Source: Mobula hypostoma (Eukaryota). Taken from it: a stretch of DNA of 64,000 bases. This document shows, piece after piece, positions 47,531 to 61,491 of the stretch (position 1 is its first letter; each line of letters opens with the position of its first letter). The notes below the pieces were generated by a model, which was not told the origin of the DNA, made no database searches, and worked only from the letters and a program-made list of their open reading frames with translations. The DNA lies in the NCBI RefSeq assembly GCF_963921235.1, contig NC_086124.1, forward strand, positions 23,870,001 to 23,934,000, given 5' to 3'. The position numbers were made by a program, and so were the translations under genes.

Positions 47531-49161
47531 TCAGGCGCTGTGAAGCATTGTGCGAACCACTACGCTACGTTTAATCGGTGGACTTGGTTTCCGATTAGCT
47601 TGTCTCACTAGGCGAGAGAATGGAGATTTCAACACCTCCCGCATCTGCTCCCTGAACTTCTTCTGGGTCAAGGCGTAAAGAGCCGTGTTTGTGCAGCAGC
47701 TCAGCAGCTGCAGCATGTAACCCAGCTCCCTCATGGTCGAAGGTGGTAACGAGGGATACATCAGATATGATAAACGAAAATAATATGATCGTATCCACAC
47801 AGTGTGCACAACAAAAACCACCCACAACACGATGAAATTCGCCGACACGACCAACAGTAAAGTGAGTGACTTCCTCCGGCTTTGCATCTCCGGGTCTTTG
47901 GAGCTATCCCCATTGCAGTGATTCCGGAGTCTCCTCCGAGATCTGCTCGCCACTACCACGTGTCTGATGGTCAAAGCATTGAGCAGCAGAATAACCACAA
48001 ACGGGATCACAAGCGTCAGAAGGAAGCTGCAAGACTCGACTACTGTCCAGGCAACTGAGAACAGAACACCGTCTCTTCCGTGGCAAAACCAAGGGACGTT
48101 ATTAAACTGGTAGTGTCCTGAGAGCAAAAAATACCAGAAAATGTTCTTCAAACAGCTCAGGGCGGACACAGTCCACAGAACAACAGCCGCAGTTCTCTCG
48201 GTGCAGTATTTAGCTTTCAGATTCTGGTAGCGAATAGCCACAAATCGGTCGAAGGTGAACATGACGGTGAACCAGACGGAGCAGTCGTTAGCTGTGTAAC
48301 GTAGGACGGCGTGGATATTACACACGGGGATGTTCATCAGGAATATAAACGCTTCCCAAAAAACAATAGGAATCTGCCTCAAAACCAGGTCGAAGACAAC
48401 AACGAGAAGATCCGCCATTGCCATGGCCATCAAGTAACGAGCGACGCCTTTCGAAAGACCGCACTTTCCCTGCGACAGGACCACAATCGTCAACACGTTC
48501 ACTATTGGGATTGAAAGAAACACAAGCATGTTTGTGGCAAGGAATAATGTCAGCACAGTCACAGACAGGAAATATGGAAACATGTTTTTGAACCCAGACT
48601 TGCCGACTGCGGTTTTCCAGCATCAGCGATGTCTGCTGGTGACGAGGATTATAGCTCAGTGAAGTCGACAACGAACTGGAAAATAACGTCACAACGTCAA
48701 ACAACGAACAGCTGAGAAAATGTGCTCTCGGATTTCGGTGAAGATGAATTTCAAATCGGGCTCGAAATTGGTCATTAAATTGGATTGCTTTACTGTTACG
48801 GAAGTGGTATCACAAGGGTACAGGGAAACACGCGTCTCCACAATGTGCATACAGATCAATTCTTTACTCAGTGCTTTGAGGCGTGACGTAATATCAGTTC
48901 AGGCTCTCCGGCTTCTTCAGCTGGTCTTTTAAATTTATACAATATTTCGGAAGCCATCCATTTTAAACTGCAGTCCAAATTGGGAGTTCGGTATCTAAAG
49001 CTGCAAGGGACGCTTACTCAGTTGAAAATTTTAAACGCCAGCTCAGAAGATCTTTATTTAACCTTGATTTTAACTGGAATTATTTTGTCTGCTCTTTTCA
49101 TGTTATTTCTGTTTGTATTATAAAAGCACATTAAAACTTCGTCTATTTGGAAAGTGCTCTA

Positions 49162-49194
<33 letters not shown>

Positions 49195-49597
49195 GTTGCT
49201 CTTTTTGTTGTTGTGATTGTTGTTGTTTAAAGAAAAAAGAACGGGGAGATAAATGTTATTGACCGAATATGTCAATGTATTACAGGTTCATCATCAAAAG
49301 TTCAGTTAGTGAGGAGATGGACTGCATTAACTGGAAAATGTCATTAAATTCCTACCTATCATTTCTCTTTACAGGAATCCGGGATCACTGCTTCTCCTTC
49401 TCTCGTCAGCAACTTACCGGGAAATGCAACCAAAGCGAGAACGGGATAGTAGATGGGCTGAATTGTCCGGAGTAAATACCAGATCCGTATGTCTGCTGGT
49501 ATCCAACGTCATTCGAAAAAATATAGGGAGCCAGGCTGAAGACGCCCTTCCCTGTCCCTGCAACATTCCATGGTCCTATTTCTCGTTCCTGAGCCAT
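47531..49597 (-). pseudogene. gpr139-like: GPR139-like paralog, exon 1 frameshifted (exons 49418-49597 and 47531-48501)
   Basis: Exon 1 is 180 nt versus 181 nt: caagcg becomes caacg at 49506/7. Splice sites intact and exon 2 open, but the TM5 Pro is changed to Leu. Confidence 0.8.
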
Positions 49598-52562
49598 TGC
49601 ACGTCAATGTTCCCAGATTCCAATCGGTGACCGGCGATTCGCACGCTGCACATCTAACCGTTCACGTAAAATTCCACTTTGATGTTCTTAGTTCCCCAAT
49701 GATTGTCTTCCGCTGTCGAGCCACTGCGGTCCGTGTGTGACGGAGGGGTTGCTCTCGCTAACACTATGAACCTTAATCGAGAGGAGCAATTTTAAATAGA
49801 GCTGCTGATCCCCCAGTGACACATCCAGGCTCCATACTGGCTGCCGTTAATTCACATAAATCTACGATTAACCCCTTTCAATCCGGATCTCGGGTGCAAA
49901 AGGTAAAACGACTTATTAAACAGGGCGGTGATGTCCAGGATACATGTCCAACGATCCCGGACATTCGTTCTGCATCATCTAGCAGGAGAGAGAATAGGTT
50001 GCAAGCACGTACCATCAGGCTCAGTAACAGCTTCAATCACCACATTGTAAAATATTCAACCCTTCCCCCTGACGATTAGATGGACTCTTGATATTGCAAT
50101 CTGCCTTGCTCTGACTTTGCAATTTGTTGTTCCCCTGCGCCACACTTCCTCTATAACTGCAGCGCTTTATTCTGCATTCTGTCATTGTATTACCCGGAAA
50201 TCAATGCACTGAGGCAATCATACTTTTTTTTTTGAATGAGGAGTATGTAAAACAAGGTTGTTTTCTTTTCCCAGCATCGGCAAATACAATGAAGTCCCGT
50301 GTACCATCAGTGTCCCATCGGGCAGGATGCTGCGCAGCGTCGTCACCAGGACCAGCAGTATCTAAAACAGTTACTTTCTCCAGGCAGTAACTGATCGACA
50401 CTTATACCGACCAACACATTCCACCATCTCCCCCTCCCACCCAACACCACTACTTTATCATTTCCTATCAGTAACCATGTGACCAGCCCTTTGAGTCACT
50501 TTGTAGACATATCAATCTCTGAATATAAACTATTTATGTATTTATATTTATTGTCCTTTTTATTACTGTGCTCTTTGCCCTGTTGTGTTTTTTGGCGCTG
50601 CAATGGATTTGGAGTAACAACTGTTTGGTTCCCCTTTGCGCTTGTGCAATGGAAATAATATTGAAAATTTTGAATCTTGAATAATAAGCCCATTTACGAA
50701 TTGAACACTCTGCAGTGTGATGGATCAATCGGTTAGGGAGCGGCCTGCAGCTTCTGATGAAAGACTCAGAGGGGATCCTTTCTTTCGACGGGAGGAGGCT
50801 GATGGAAACCTTGCAACTTTGCTCCAGTTAATCTGACGTCACTGCGTCGGCGATGAAGGAGTGGATCATGTTGTATCGGATAAGTGACAATTCGGAAATT
50901 ACGCGGTCGAAATTGCTTTATTAATGCAAGGGATTTGGACCAAATCTGTATTAAAGTTCAACATATATTAAATCCCGTTTAAACGCCCATCCACTCGACT
51001 GAAACAATGACAACAAACACAGACTGTTGGAGGAGCTCGGCAGATCAGGCAGCCTATATGGAAGTGAATAAACAGTGGACGTTTCCGGTCGAGACCATTC
51101 ATCAGGACCGAAGAGGAAGGAGGCACACGCCAGAGTGAAATGGTGGGGAACACGATAAGGAATACAGATTGGTGCGTGATATTTGTGGCCAAGTGAGCTG
51201 GTAAATAGGTGCGTGGGGAAGAGGGATGAAGTAAAGACATTGTACTTGATAGTTGGAACAAATAAGACAAGAGAAGAGGGAATCTGATAAGAGAGGGCAA
51301 TAGACCATGGGGGAAATTGAAGGAGGTGGTCACAAGGGGGAGGTGATCTGCTTGTGAGGGAATGAAGGAAGAGTGGTGTCAGAATGGATAATTGAAGAAA
51401 AGGGAAGGGGAGCGCAGAAAATTATCGGAAAACATTAAAACATTGACATTTTTCTTTTTTGCACCTACCAGATCAAACATACTTCCACGATTAAACCGTT
51501 TAGTACATCTGATGTGTTGCGTTCGGATCACAGCGCAGGAAAATATAAGTCAGCCTACCAATATTTCGTCATAACCTGCAACCCAACAGATTGCCCAGAG
51601 ATTCTCCTCCGCACTGCTTTCAATTATCCTGTACGTTGGTGACCAGAATTACCCACAGTACTCTAAAAGCGGGCAACGTAATGTTATGCACATGAGAGAG
51701 GCGTTGATTAAAGGAACCGCTTTGACTGAATGGTGGAGAAGACCTGTTGGGCAGAATAGCTTCATTATGATGCTATAATTTGTGGGTTCAATACCTCACC
51801 CTGGGTCCCTTTCACTTTCCAGTTTTACCCTTTATTCTCACAGGTACGCCCTGTTAACACTCTCTCGCTGGCCGTCTCCTCTTTCCGTTCCACTGCTGCT
51901 AGTTCTCGACGAAATGTCTGGATATTATCCCTGCTCTAGTTTATGGCCACAACACTGTGAACCTTCGTCGCTATTGGCGCCTGTGTTTCCTTTTCTCACA
52001 ACTCTCCACCCTCTCTATCCTTACCCTCTCTCCTTGTCCCTGACTCGCACTCTCTCTCTCTCTCTCGCTGTGCTCCAGACCCCTTTGCTGTGTTGGCATC
52101 CATTGTGCGCACACCAGACAGCAGTACAAATGGGGTTCTATGTTGAGGGATGGGTGCACACAGAACAAACTAGTGCACAGCGGCGGTGTGGAGAGGACCG
52201 TGTACACGCCGGACTCAAGTGCACTGGGGGCAGTTTTCGGATGTGTCTGTACAGACCGGACCATTTAACGATGAAATTTCTTTTGACACACCTGCCATTG
52301 GAAAACATACTTCCGTGATTAATCCCGTCTGTACATTTCATCAACGGATGTATTTCCTTCGGATCACCTTGCACGGAAATTACAATCAACCTGTCCAGTA
52401 GAGAGAGTCGTGGAGTAATAGAAAAGAACAGCACAGAAAACGACACTTCGGCCAATCTAGTCTGAGCCGAACCAATTAAACTTCTACTCTCCTCGACCTA
52501 CACGCGTATCACAGCCCTCCCTAACCCAGGCATCCGTTTATGTATCCAAGCGTCTCTCAGGC

Positions 52563-54281
52563 CAGAGGTCCCCAACCACCGGGCCGCAGATCGTTACCGG
52601 GCCGCAAAGCATGTGCTACCGGGCCGCGAGGAAACCTTTCCTCGTTCCCTGTCACGTACCGTTGAGCCATTACGCATGCGAGCTCATTAACCGCGTTTCA
52701 TCCATGTCAGCGCGGGAAGGAAATCAATTCCCCGAGCTTGCCAATGACGGCAGGCTGAAAAGTATGTTTGACATAACATCTCAGCCGACATTCTGGATCA
52801 AAGTCAAGACTAAATAACCTGAGATAGCCACGAATGCACTGAAAACGCTGCTTCCATTTCCAAAATATCTCTGCGAAGCGGGCTTTGCTGCAATGAATGC
52901 AACGAAAACTACATTGCTGAATAGACTGGACATAAGTAAACCCTTCGAGTACTGCTGTCTCCCATCACCCCGCGATAGGACCGTCTTGTTGCAGGGAAAC
53001 AAGCCCAGGGCTCCCACTGATTCACCGATATTGGAGTGTTGCAATGTTTCTATATGTTCATACGGGGAAAATATGTGTTTTATTTTGCAATTTGGAGGGG
53101 ATAAAAAAATCGTCACGTAAACGCATTCGCACTGGTGCCCGCGCAAGTCTTCATTGAAAACCCAACGTATTTGTCTCCAGTGCGCATGTATTTACGTGCA
53201 GATTTTTTTTTCCCTACAAATTCTTTTTGGCGATTCTGATCGGGGGATTGGGGGTTTGTTAACCACGACCGGAATATCGGTAATAACTGCCTAATACACT
53301 CAACTTTCTTTCTAAAAGGTTTTATCTAACGAACTTAATATTAAATACACTGCGCATATTTTCCTCACATGAATATAGTGATAAGTCAATTATCAGGGTA
53401 GGACAGGGGAGCGTGAAGTAAGTGTTGAACGAACTTCCAGTAGAAGTGGTCGAGGCAGGTTCGATATTATCATTTAAAGAAAAATTGGATGGGTGTATGG
53501 GTAGGAAAGGAATTGCGGGTTGTGGGCTGAGTGCAAATCGGTGGGACTAGGTGAGAGTAGCGTTCAGAGCAGGCTAGAAGGGCAGAAATGGCCTGTTTCC
53601 GTGCTGTAATTATTATATGGTTATATAAGTCAATAGCGTCATAACATTTTAAGTAACGTTTGGATATTAAACACACGGCACATATTTTCCCCGTATAAAC
53701 ATATAAAATCATTGCAACACACCGATATCGCTGAATCAGTGGGAGCCTTGGATATTTAGATATTTAAGGTTATTTAGCCTTGGCTTTGATCCAGAATGCC
53801 GGCAGAGATGTTATGTCAAACATACTTTTTAGTCCGCCATCATTTGCAAGCTCGGGGAGTTGATCTCCTTCCTGCGCTGACATGGACGATGCACGGTTAA
53901 TGACCTCGCATGCGTAATGGTTCAACAGTGCGTGACAAGGAATGAGGAAAGGTTTCCTCGCGGCCCGGTAGCACATGCTTTGCGGCCAGGTACCAGTCCA
54001 CGGCCCGGTGGTTGGAGACCGCTAGCGAAAATAAAATTCTAGTGAGTGCAGGGGAATCTGCACGTAAACGTATATGCACTGGTGCCCGCGCAAGGCTTCA
54101 TGGACATTGAAGTCTTTCTCGGGGTAAACACAACATAGTTGACTGCTATTCTTGTCCGTTGGCAACCCTACTCCCCACAAACAATCGCGCCCCCCACCCC
54201 CAGCCACGGTCGGCCTTTCCGCAAGAATATTGTCAATATTAAACCGGTCCACAGTGCAAAAAAAAAGTTTGGGGACCCCTG
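52563..54281. mobile_element. Charlie-type hAT cluster, unit 2 version: forward part (52563-53176), inverted copy (53177-54024), right end (~54055-54281)
   Basis: Same pieces as 29884-33212, minus the ~1.0 kb centre. Confidence 0.8.
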
Positions 54282-54299
54282 CTTTAATCCTTACATCTT

Positions 54300-56190
54300 T
54301 TATAATTAATTCCAGTATCTTCCCCATCACTGATGTCAGACTAACTGGTCTATAATTGCCTGTTTTCGCTCTCACTCCTGTTTTAAAAAGTGGGATAACA
54401 TTAGCTACCCTCCAATCCGTAGGAACTGATCCTGAATCTATAGAACATTGGAAAATAATTACAAATGCGCCCAATGTAAAATTAAGTTACAATGTAAATT
54501 GAAAACCGTGAATACCGGACTGAAGGTGTCATATCTGAAAGCATGCAGTACACTGGAATAAGGTGAATGAACTTGTAGCACAGTTAGAGATCGGCAGGTA
54601 TGATGTTGTAAGCATCACGGAATCATGGCTGAAAGAAGATTATAGCTGGGAGATTAATGTCCAACGGTACACATCGTATCGAAAGGACAGGCAGAAATCC
54701 AGCGGAGCCAGTATTCTTCTGTTAGTAAAATATGTAATTTAATCATTAGAAATGGTTGACATACGTTCGGCAGGTGTTGAATCATTGTGGATAGAGCTTA
54801 GAAACTGCAAGGGGTATAAAGAGCCTGATAGGAGGTACATACAGAAACCCCCAAAAGGATCAAACGGGGTATAGAAAATGCGTTCCAAAAGGGTAACCTT
54901 ACAATAGCTATGGGGGATTTCAATATGTAGGTAGATTGGGTTGCTGTGGGATCCCAAGGGGGAAATTCCAGAATGGCTATGGGGTGGTGTTTCAGAGCTG
55001 CTCGTGGTTGAGCCCACTGGAGGATCAGCTATTCTGGGTTGGGTGTTGTGCAATGAACTGGAATTGATTAGAGAACTTAAGGTAAAGCTAGGAGCTCATG
55101 GTATTACAGGAAAGATTCTAGCATGGATAAAGCAGTGGCTGACTGGCAGGAGGCAAAGACTAGGAATAAAGGGGGCTTTTCTGGTGGTTGCCGGTGACTA
55201 CTTGTGTTCCACGGGGTCTCGATCCTTCTTACATTATATGTTAATCATTTGGATGATGGATTTAATGGCTTTGTTGCAACATTGCAGACGATACGCAGAT
55301 AGGTGGAGGGGCAGATGGTTTTGCAGAAATAGAGAGGCTACAGAAGTACTTAGACAGATCAGGAGAATGGACAAAGAAGTGGCAGGTGGAATACAGTGTC
55401 GGGAAGTACTTGGTCATATACTTCGATGGAAGAAGTGAAAAGGTTGACTCTTTTCTAAGTGGAGAGAAAATACAAAATCTGAGGCACAAGGGGACTTGGG
55501 AGTCCTTGTGCAGGACTCTCTGGAGCTCAATTTGCAGCTTGAGTCTGTGGTGAGGAAGTCAAATGCAATAGTAGAATTAATTTCAAGAGGACAAGAATAT
55601 AAAAGCAAGGATGTAATATTGAGACTTTATAAGACACTGGCAAGGCTTCACTTTGAGTATTGCGAGCAGCTTGGTACCCGTTATCTTAGAAAGGATGTGC
55701 TGGAATTGGAGAAGGTTCAAAGAGGGTTCACGAAAATGATTCCAGAAATAAACATCTTATCATATGGAGAGTGTGTGATGGTATTAGGCTTGTATTCACT
55801 GAAATTCAGCATAATAAGGGGTGACATCATTGAAACTTATCAAATGGTGAAAGGCTTTGATAGAGTGGATGTGGAGAGAATGAGTCCTATGGTGGGAGAG
55901 TCTAAGACAAGAGGGCATAGCCTCAGAATAGAGGGGCATCTTTTTAGGACATAGTTAAGGAGGAATTTCTTTAGCCAGGTTACGGTGAATCGGTGGATTT
56001 CGTTGCCACAGGCGGCTGCGGAGGCCAAGTCTTTATATATATTTAAGGCAAAGGTGGAAAGTTTCTTGATTGGTCAGGGCATGAAGGGATACGGGGAGAA
56101 GGCAGGAGATTGAGAATGAGAGGAAAAATATATCAGTCATGATAAAATGGTAGGGCAGACTCAACGGGTCAAATGGTCTAATTGTGCTCC
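54300..56190. mobile_element. CR1 fragments, paralog of 7570-9510
   Basis: ORF 55496..55954 matches ORF 8799..9422. Confidence 0.85.
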
Positions 56191-56389
56191 TATATTCAGT
56201 GGTTTTGTCGTCAATGATTTGCGGAACCGTTGCTGAACTCGAAGCGTACCATCGGCTTCAGAGGACGATGGAGACAGGCGTTTATCGATGGCCTATGCCC
56301 AAGTGAGTATGTAAGGTGAGTGGGTAAGGGTGTCAAAGGTGACAGGGAGAAAGTAGGAAAATGGAGTTGATGGGGGCATTAAATCAACC

Positions 56390-59280
56390 ACGCAGCAATA
56401 AAGTTATAAACTCTCTCAGATCCACTCTACAATTCTGCTTATTCGTTCGTTGTCAATGTCTTGCCGTTGCGTTCCTCAGATCAGTTAAGCTGATCTAAGG
56501 TCACAAGCTTGTGACGTCACTCACACTCACTCACGCGAGAGATTGATAGTATAAATCCAGGCGCAGATCCGTGGTCTCGCGAGACTAACGGATTCCACAC
56601 GCGCACACTGTGCTTTTACAAGCGAGCGTGGGCCTGGCACGTGCATTATTTTGGCCGGCGTGAAATATTGATCGATTTTTAATCAGAAAACGACCTCATC
56701 CAGAGGAATCAGTGGTGTCTCAGCCTGAGCATGTCTTAATTGAAAGTGACATGCAGAAGGAAGTGGGGATGAGGACGACAGCAGTTCATCGAAGGAGTGC
56801 GAGGGCGAAGTAGAGGAACAAGAAATAGAGCGGAATTCGGAAGTGAACGTGGATGAAGCTGCTCTTAGTGCGAGTGGAAATACTGTTAGCGATGATAGCC
56901 AGCAGCCTGAGGATGGACCCCGTCGGCCAGCATTGAAAAAGTACCCTTCGCAACAGTTTGGCAATCACAAAGGAGTATTCGTAGCTGGTTTGACCTGTAC
57001 TCCTTGCTGGAATATTCAATCACAAAAGATGCTACATTCTGCTTCGCATGCAGACATTTCCTCTGTGGGTTACCTGAGTTCTATTCTGAGTCTAACTTCA
57101 CTGTCACCGATTACCGCAACTGGCGGAAAGCTACAACAGCTTTCAAAACCCACCACCTGAGTGCAGCTCATAAGTTGGCTATGGAGGCATGGGGCGAATT
57201 CAGATTCAGAAAACAAGACGGTTCAAGATTGGGAAATATGCTTGATAAAAGACATGCAAACATTGCCCGAGGAAGTCGTGAGTCTATGTCAGCAGTGGTT
57301 GAGTCTCTACGCTATACTGCGTGCCAAGGCATTGCCCAGCGAGGATACCGGGAGAATGATGGATCTGGCATTAGGGGAAACTTTGTTGAGTTGCTCAGTG
57401 TAATTGGGAAGTTTGATAAGACTGTAGCTAAAAAAAAGAATAGAGGACAATCCTGGAAATGCAAAAAAACACCCATCACCATATCCAAAATGAAATTATG
57501 AGTATTATGGCAGATATGGTCGAACGTCAAATAAGTGCAGAAATCCAGGAGGCTGGATATTTTGCCAGCATGGTGGATGAAAGTAAGGACTTGAGTAAAA
57601 AGGAGCAAGTATCAGTGGTGGTGCGGTATTTGAATAAAGAAACAGTGCTTGAAGAATTCTTGCACTTCTCTCCAGCAGAAGGGTTGGACACAGAGTCGCT
57701 TCTTAAAAGCATTGAACAGACGCTCGCCAGTGTGTTATTGATAAGAACGCGTGTATAGGTCAGTGTTATGACGGGGCGGCAGTGATGTCCGGGTACAATA
57801 ACGGGGTACAAGAGAGGCATTATATATACACCGCCATGCTCACAGACTTAACCTTGTTTTAGTGGATGTTGTGAGCAATGTACCAGAAGCGGGTGAGTTT
57901 TTTTGAAACTGTGCAGCTGCTTTACAACTTCTTTTCAAACTCTGTTGCCCACGATCTTTTCATGAAGAAACAGAGAGAATTGGAATCAACTGCACAGCCC
58001 GTGGAGTTGAAGAAATTGCCAGATACACACTGGGCATGGCGGTATACAGCTTTGTGGGCTATAAGGATATCACTCTCTGCCATTCCAGCTACACTACAGG
58101 ATATTACGGGTCAACCAAGTGCACGGAGGAAAACGGAGGTCAGAGCTTTAAATGGACTGATTGACTCGCAGTTTGCTTTACTTCTCACACTGTTTGAGGA
58201 TTTATTCCGAGTCACTAAGTTCATGTCAGACCAGCTACAATCTCCCAGTTTGGAGCTTTCATCCGCTGTGGACTTGACTCAGTCTGTTATCTCTGCACTC
58301 TCAGCAAAACGGGGAGAGGAATCTTGAAATGAAATTCAGACAAGAGCTGGGGACCTGTGCGTCAAGGCCGGTATACAGAGCAGAGCACATGAAAGGAGAC
58401 GGGCCCAGCCACCCCGCCGTCTACATCATTTTGTTGTTGACGCCCAAACTAAACGCACACCTGTCACATCCTATGATGACCTTCGCAGCGAAAGTTTCTA
58501 TCCAGTTATACACAGACTTCTGACTGAAATGGAAAGACGATTCTCAATTGAGACTGGGGGTGTACTGACTGGATCTTGGCATTGACTCCCAAACATAAGT
58601 TCTTTCTAGACAAGAATTGTCTTTGGCCAATGGCCCAATACTATGGAGTGACTGAAGGGAACCTGACTGCAGAGCTACATCAGGTTCGGCGTCTGCTGGA
58701 AACAAAACAAAAGGAAGGACAGACAATGAATGACACAGTGGAAGTTCTAGCTCTAACGAGACCCGACGGCGATGCATTTATAGATTTATACAAACTAATC
58801 TGCATATCACTGACTCTGCCTGTTACATCTGCCTCATGCGAACGAGTTTCTTTTGCCTCAGACGCGTGGAAAACTACTTAAGGAACAGTAGCGGCGATGC
58901 TCGGAACAGCAACCTGGCTCTGTTGGCCAAAAACAGCCGGAGGCCCAAAGCACGTGACATCCAGAAAATCACTGATGCTTTCGCCACCAATCACAACAAC
59001 AGACGGATTTTGCTTGTTTATGCTACGTGTAACCCAGGTTGTCCTCGATGCCGTGTGACACTGCAACAGTTCACTTCTATATTAGATCTATCAATTGCTT
59101 TTACTTTTGAAACAATAGGGGCATTTACAGTAGGCACATAATGCTTGAAACTGACTTTTTAACGCGACGCGTCTGGCCTTGCGAATACATATTACCATAC
59201 AGTGCATCCCTCAGCACCATCACTGAATCATTCAGCTTCTCCGTAGCACCAGCAAGAAAAAATCTCTTGCGCCGTCACTG
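56390..59280 (+). mobile_element. Dead hAT transposon (ZMYM1-like), copy 3; longest copy
   Basis: Same motifs as the other copies. Candidate 3' TIR cttgcgccgtcactg ends at 59280. No matching 5' TIR seen. Confidence 0.9.
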
Positions 59281-59396
59281 ACGAGGAGCATTTGATGGGT
59301 CTGGGCCTGTACTCATTGGAGTTTTGAAGAATGAAGGGGGATCCTATGAAATATTAGAAGTCCTAGATAGAGTGGACAAGGAGAGGATGTTTCCTA

Positions 59397-60497
59397 CACC
59401 TGGGCCTTAGCACTCAGATCTGCAGCTGGATCTTCAACTTCCTCACAGACAGAACCCAGGCTGTAAAAATAAAGGACAAGCTCTCCTCTACAATCAGTCT
59501 GAGCACCGGTGCCCCACAAGGCTGTGTACTCAGCACCCTGCTGTACTCACTGTACACCCATGATTGTGTAGCCAAGTTTCCATCAAACTCAATAGATAAG
59601 TTTCCTGATGACACAACAATTCGAGGCCGTATCTCGGGTAATGATGAGTTTGAATACAGAGAGGAAATTAAAAACCTGGTGGCATGGTGCGAAGACAATA
59701 GCCTATCCGTCAACGGCAGCAAAACGAAAGAATTGGTTGTTGAATTCGGAAGCAGTAGCGGACCGCACGACCCAATTTCCATCGGTGGTGCGCAAGTGGA
59801 ACAGGTCACAAGCTTTGAGTTCCTCGGGGTCAATATCACAAATAACCTGACTTGGTCCAACCAAGCAGAATTCACTGCCAAGAAGGCCCACCAGCGCCTT
59901 TACTTCCTGAGAAAGCTAAAGAAATTTGGCCTGTCTCCTGGTAGGGAAGTTGTGCTGTCCAAGACCGAAAGAAGCTGCAGAAGATCTTGAACACGCCGCA
60001 GCGCATCACACAAACCAATCTTCCATCCTTGGACTCACTTTACCCCGCACGCTGTCGGAGCAGTGCGGCCAGGGTAACAAAAGACACGACCCACCCAGCC
60101 AACATACTTTTTTCGTCCCTCTTCCTTCCGGGAGAAGGCTCAGGAGCTTGAAGACTCGTGCGGCCAGATTTGGGAACAGCTTCTTTCCAACTGTGATGAG
60201 ACTGCTGAACAGATCCTGACCCGGATCTGGCCGGACCCTCCAAATATCCGGACCTGGCTCTCGGTTTTTTTGTACTACCTTACTTCCCATTTTTCTATTT
60301 TCGATTTATGATTTATAATTTATTTTTTTAAATATTTACTCATTTTAACTATTTTTCCGATATTAAATATTGAATATTTGTGATCCAGGGAGTTTGAAGC
60401 GCAGAATCAAATATCGCTGTGATGATTTTACGTTCTAGTACAAATTGTTTGGCAACAATAAAGTATAAAGTATAAGTATGAGCATAAGTGTAAGTAT
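59397..60497 (+). mobile_element. Rex1/Babar LINE 3' half, copy 3
   Basis: ORFs 59679..59990 and 59926..60219, plus tandem tail. Confidence 0.85.
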
Positions 60498-61221
60498 AGG
60501 AGGGGAGTCCAGGACAAGAGAGCACAGCCTTATAACAGAAAGATGTCCATTTAAAAAAGAGATGAGGAGGAATTTCTTTAGCCGGAGGCTGGTGAATCTG
60601 CAGAATTTGTTGAGTTCTGTTCATTTGGGCTATGTAATTATTTAAGATGCATGCGCACTCTCCCAGTTATACGCGTGCACGTGGAAGGAGGAAGAGGAAC
60701 TGTGGGATGTAAAGCTGGCGGCCTTGGGTATTGAACAGAGACATACAAAGTAAAGTGGTTTAAACAAAAGGAAAATGTGTCTTTGCTGTTTGGCCGTTAT
60801 CAGTGGTAGCGGTGGACGTTTACCATTTGTCGACCTCTGGGATATGGGCCCTGCGCACTACTGAGTATGTTTGAAGCAGAGGTCGATAGGTTCTTGATTG
60901 GAAAGAACATCAAAGGTTACGGGGAGAAATCAGGAGACTGGGGTTCAGCGAGACAATGAATCTGTCACGATGGAATCGCTGAGTAGACTTGATGAGCCAA
61001 ATGGCCCAATTCTGCTCTTAGCGTTATGGTTTTATGGTATCTAAGCTGTCTGACTTGATTCTCACAATTGACAGCAGAGAGGATGAGAGAGATCTTGAGC
61101 AGTTGGGACTTGCTTCTGGACAGAAACGGGCCACGATGGATTCTGGGTCAAGTTGACATGAGTGAGAATACGGTGGTGTTGACGGGGTCAGGCGACATTT
61201 CTCCAACTTGCCCGTTCTTAC

Positions 61222-61491
61222 CTAGAGGTACCATGAGCTTCCCACTGACAGCCTCGTATTCCATCTGACAGACGTACCCCTGGCTGTCTCCATCCAGGGG
61301 ACGGACACTCCTAACTTGAAAGGTTCCATTGCTTTGAGGGACAACTTTGGTCGTGTCTGATCCATTGTCAGCGACTTCCCCGTTTCTGACCCAGTGCACT
61401 TTAATGTCCCGGGGGAAGAAGTTCTTGGCCGTGCACACCAGATATATTTGGCCTCGTTTCTTCTGTGTCAAGGCTCTGGTATGGGTAGGAG
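61222..61491 (-). CDS. Ig C1-set exon (MHC class I alpha3-like), copy 3; best preserved
   Basis: Acceptor ttccttcacag and donor G|gtaaga; 270 nt, open. LVCTAKNFFPRDIKVHW...PQSNGTFQ...YVCQMEY. No TM exon in its own unit. Confidence 0.75.

Larger units (their letters stand above)
33213..54281. repeat. Segmental duplication unit 2 (~21.1 kb)
   Basis: Collinear with unit 1, with several deletions and one CR1 insertion. Confidence 0.95.
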
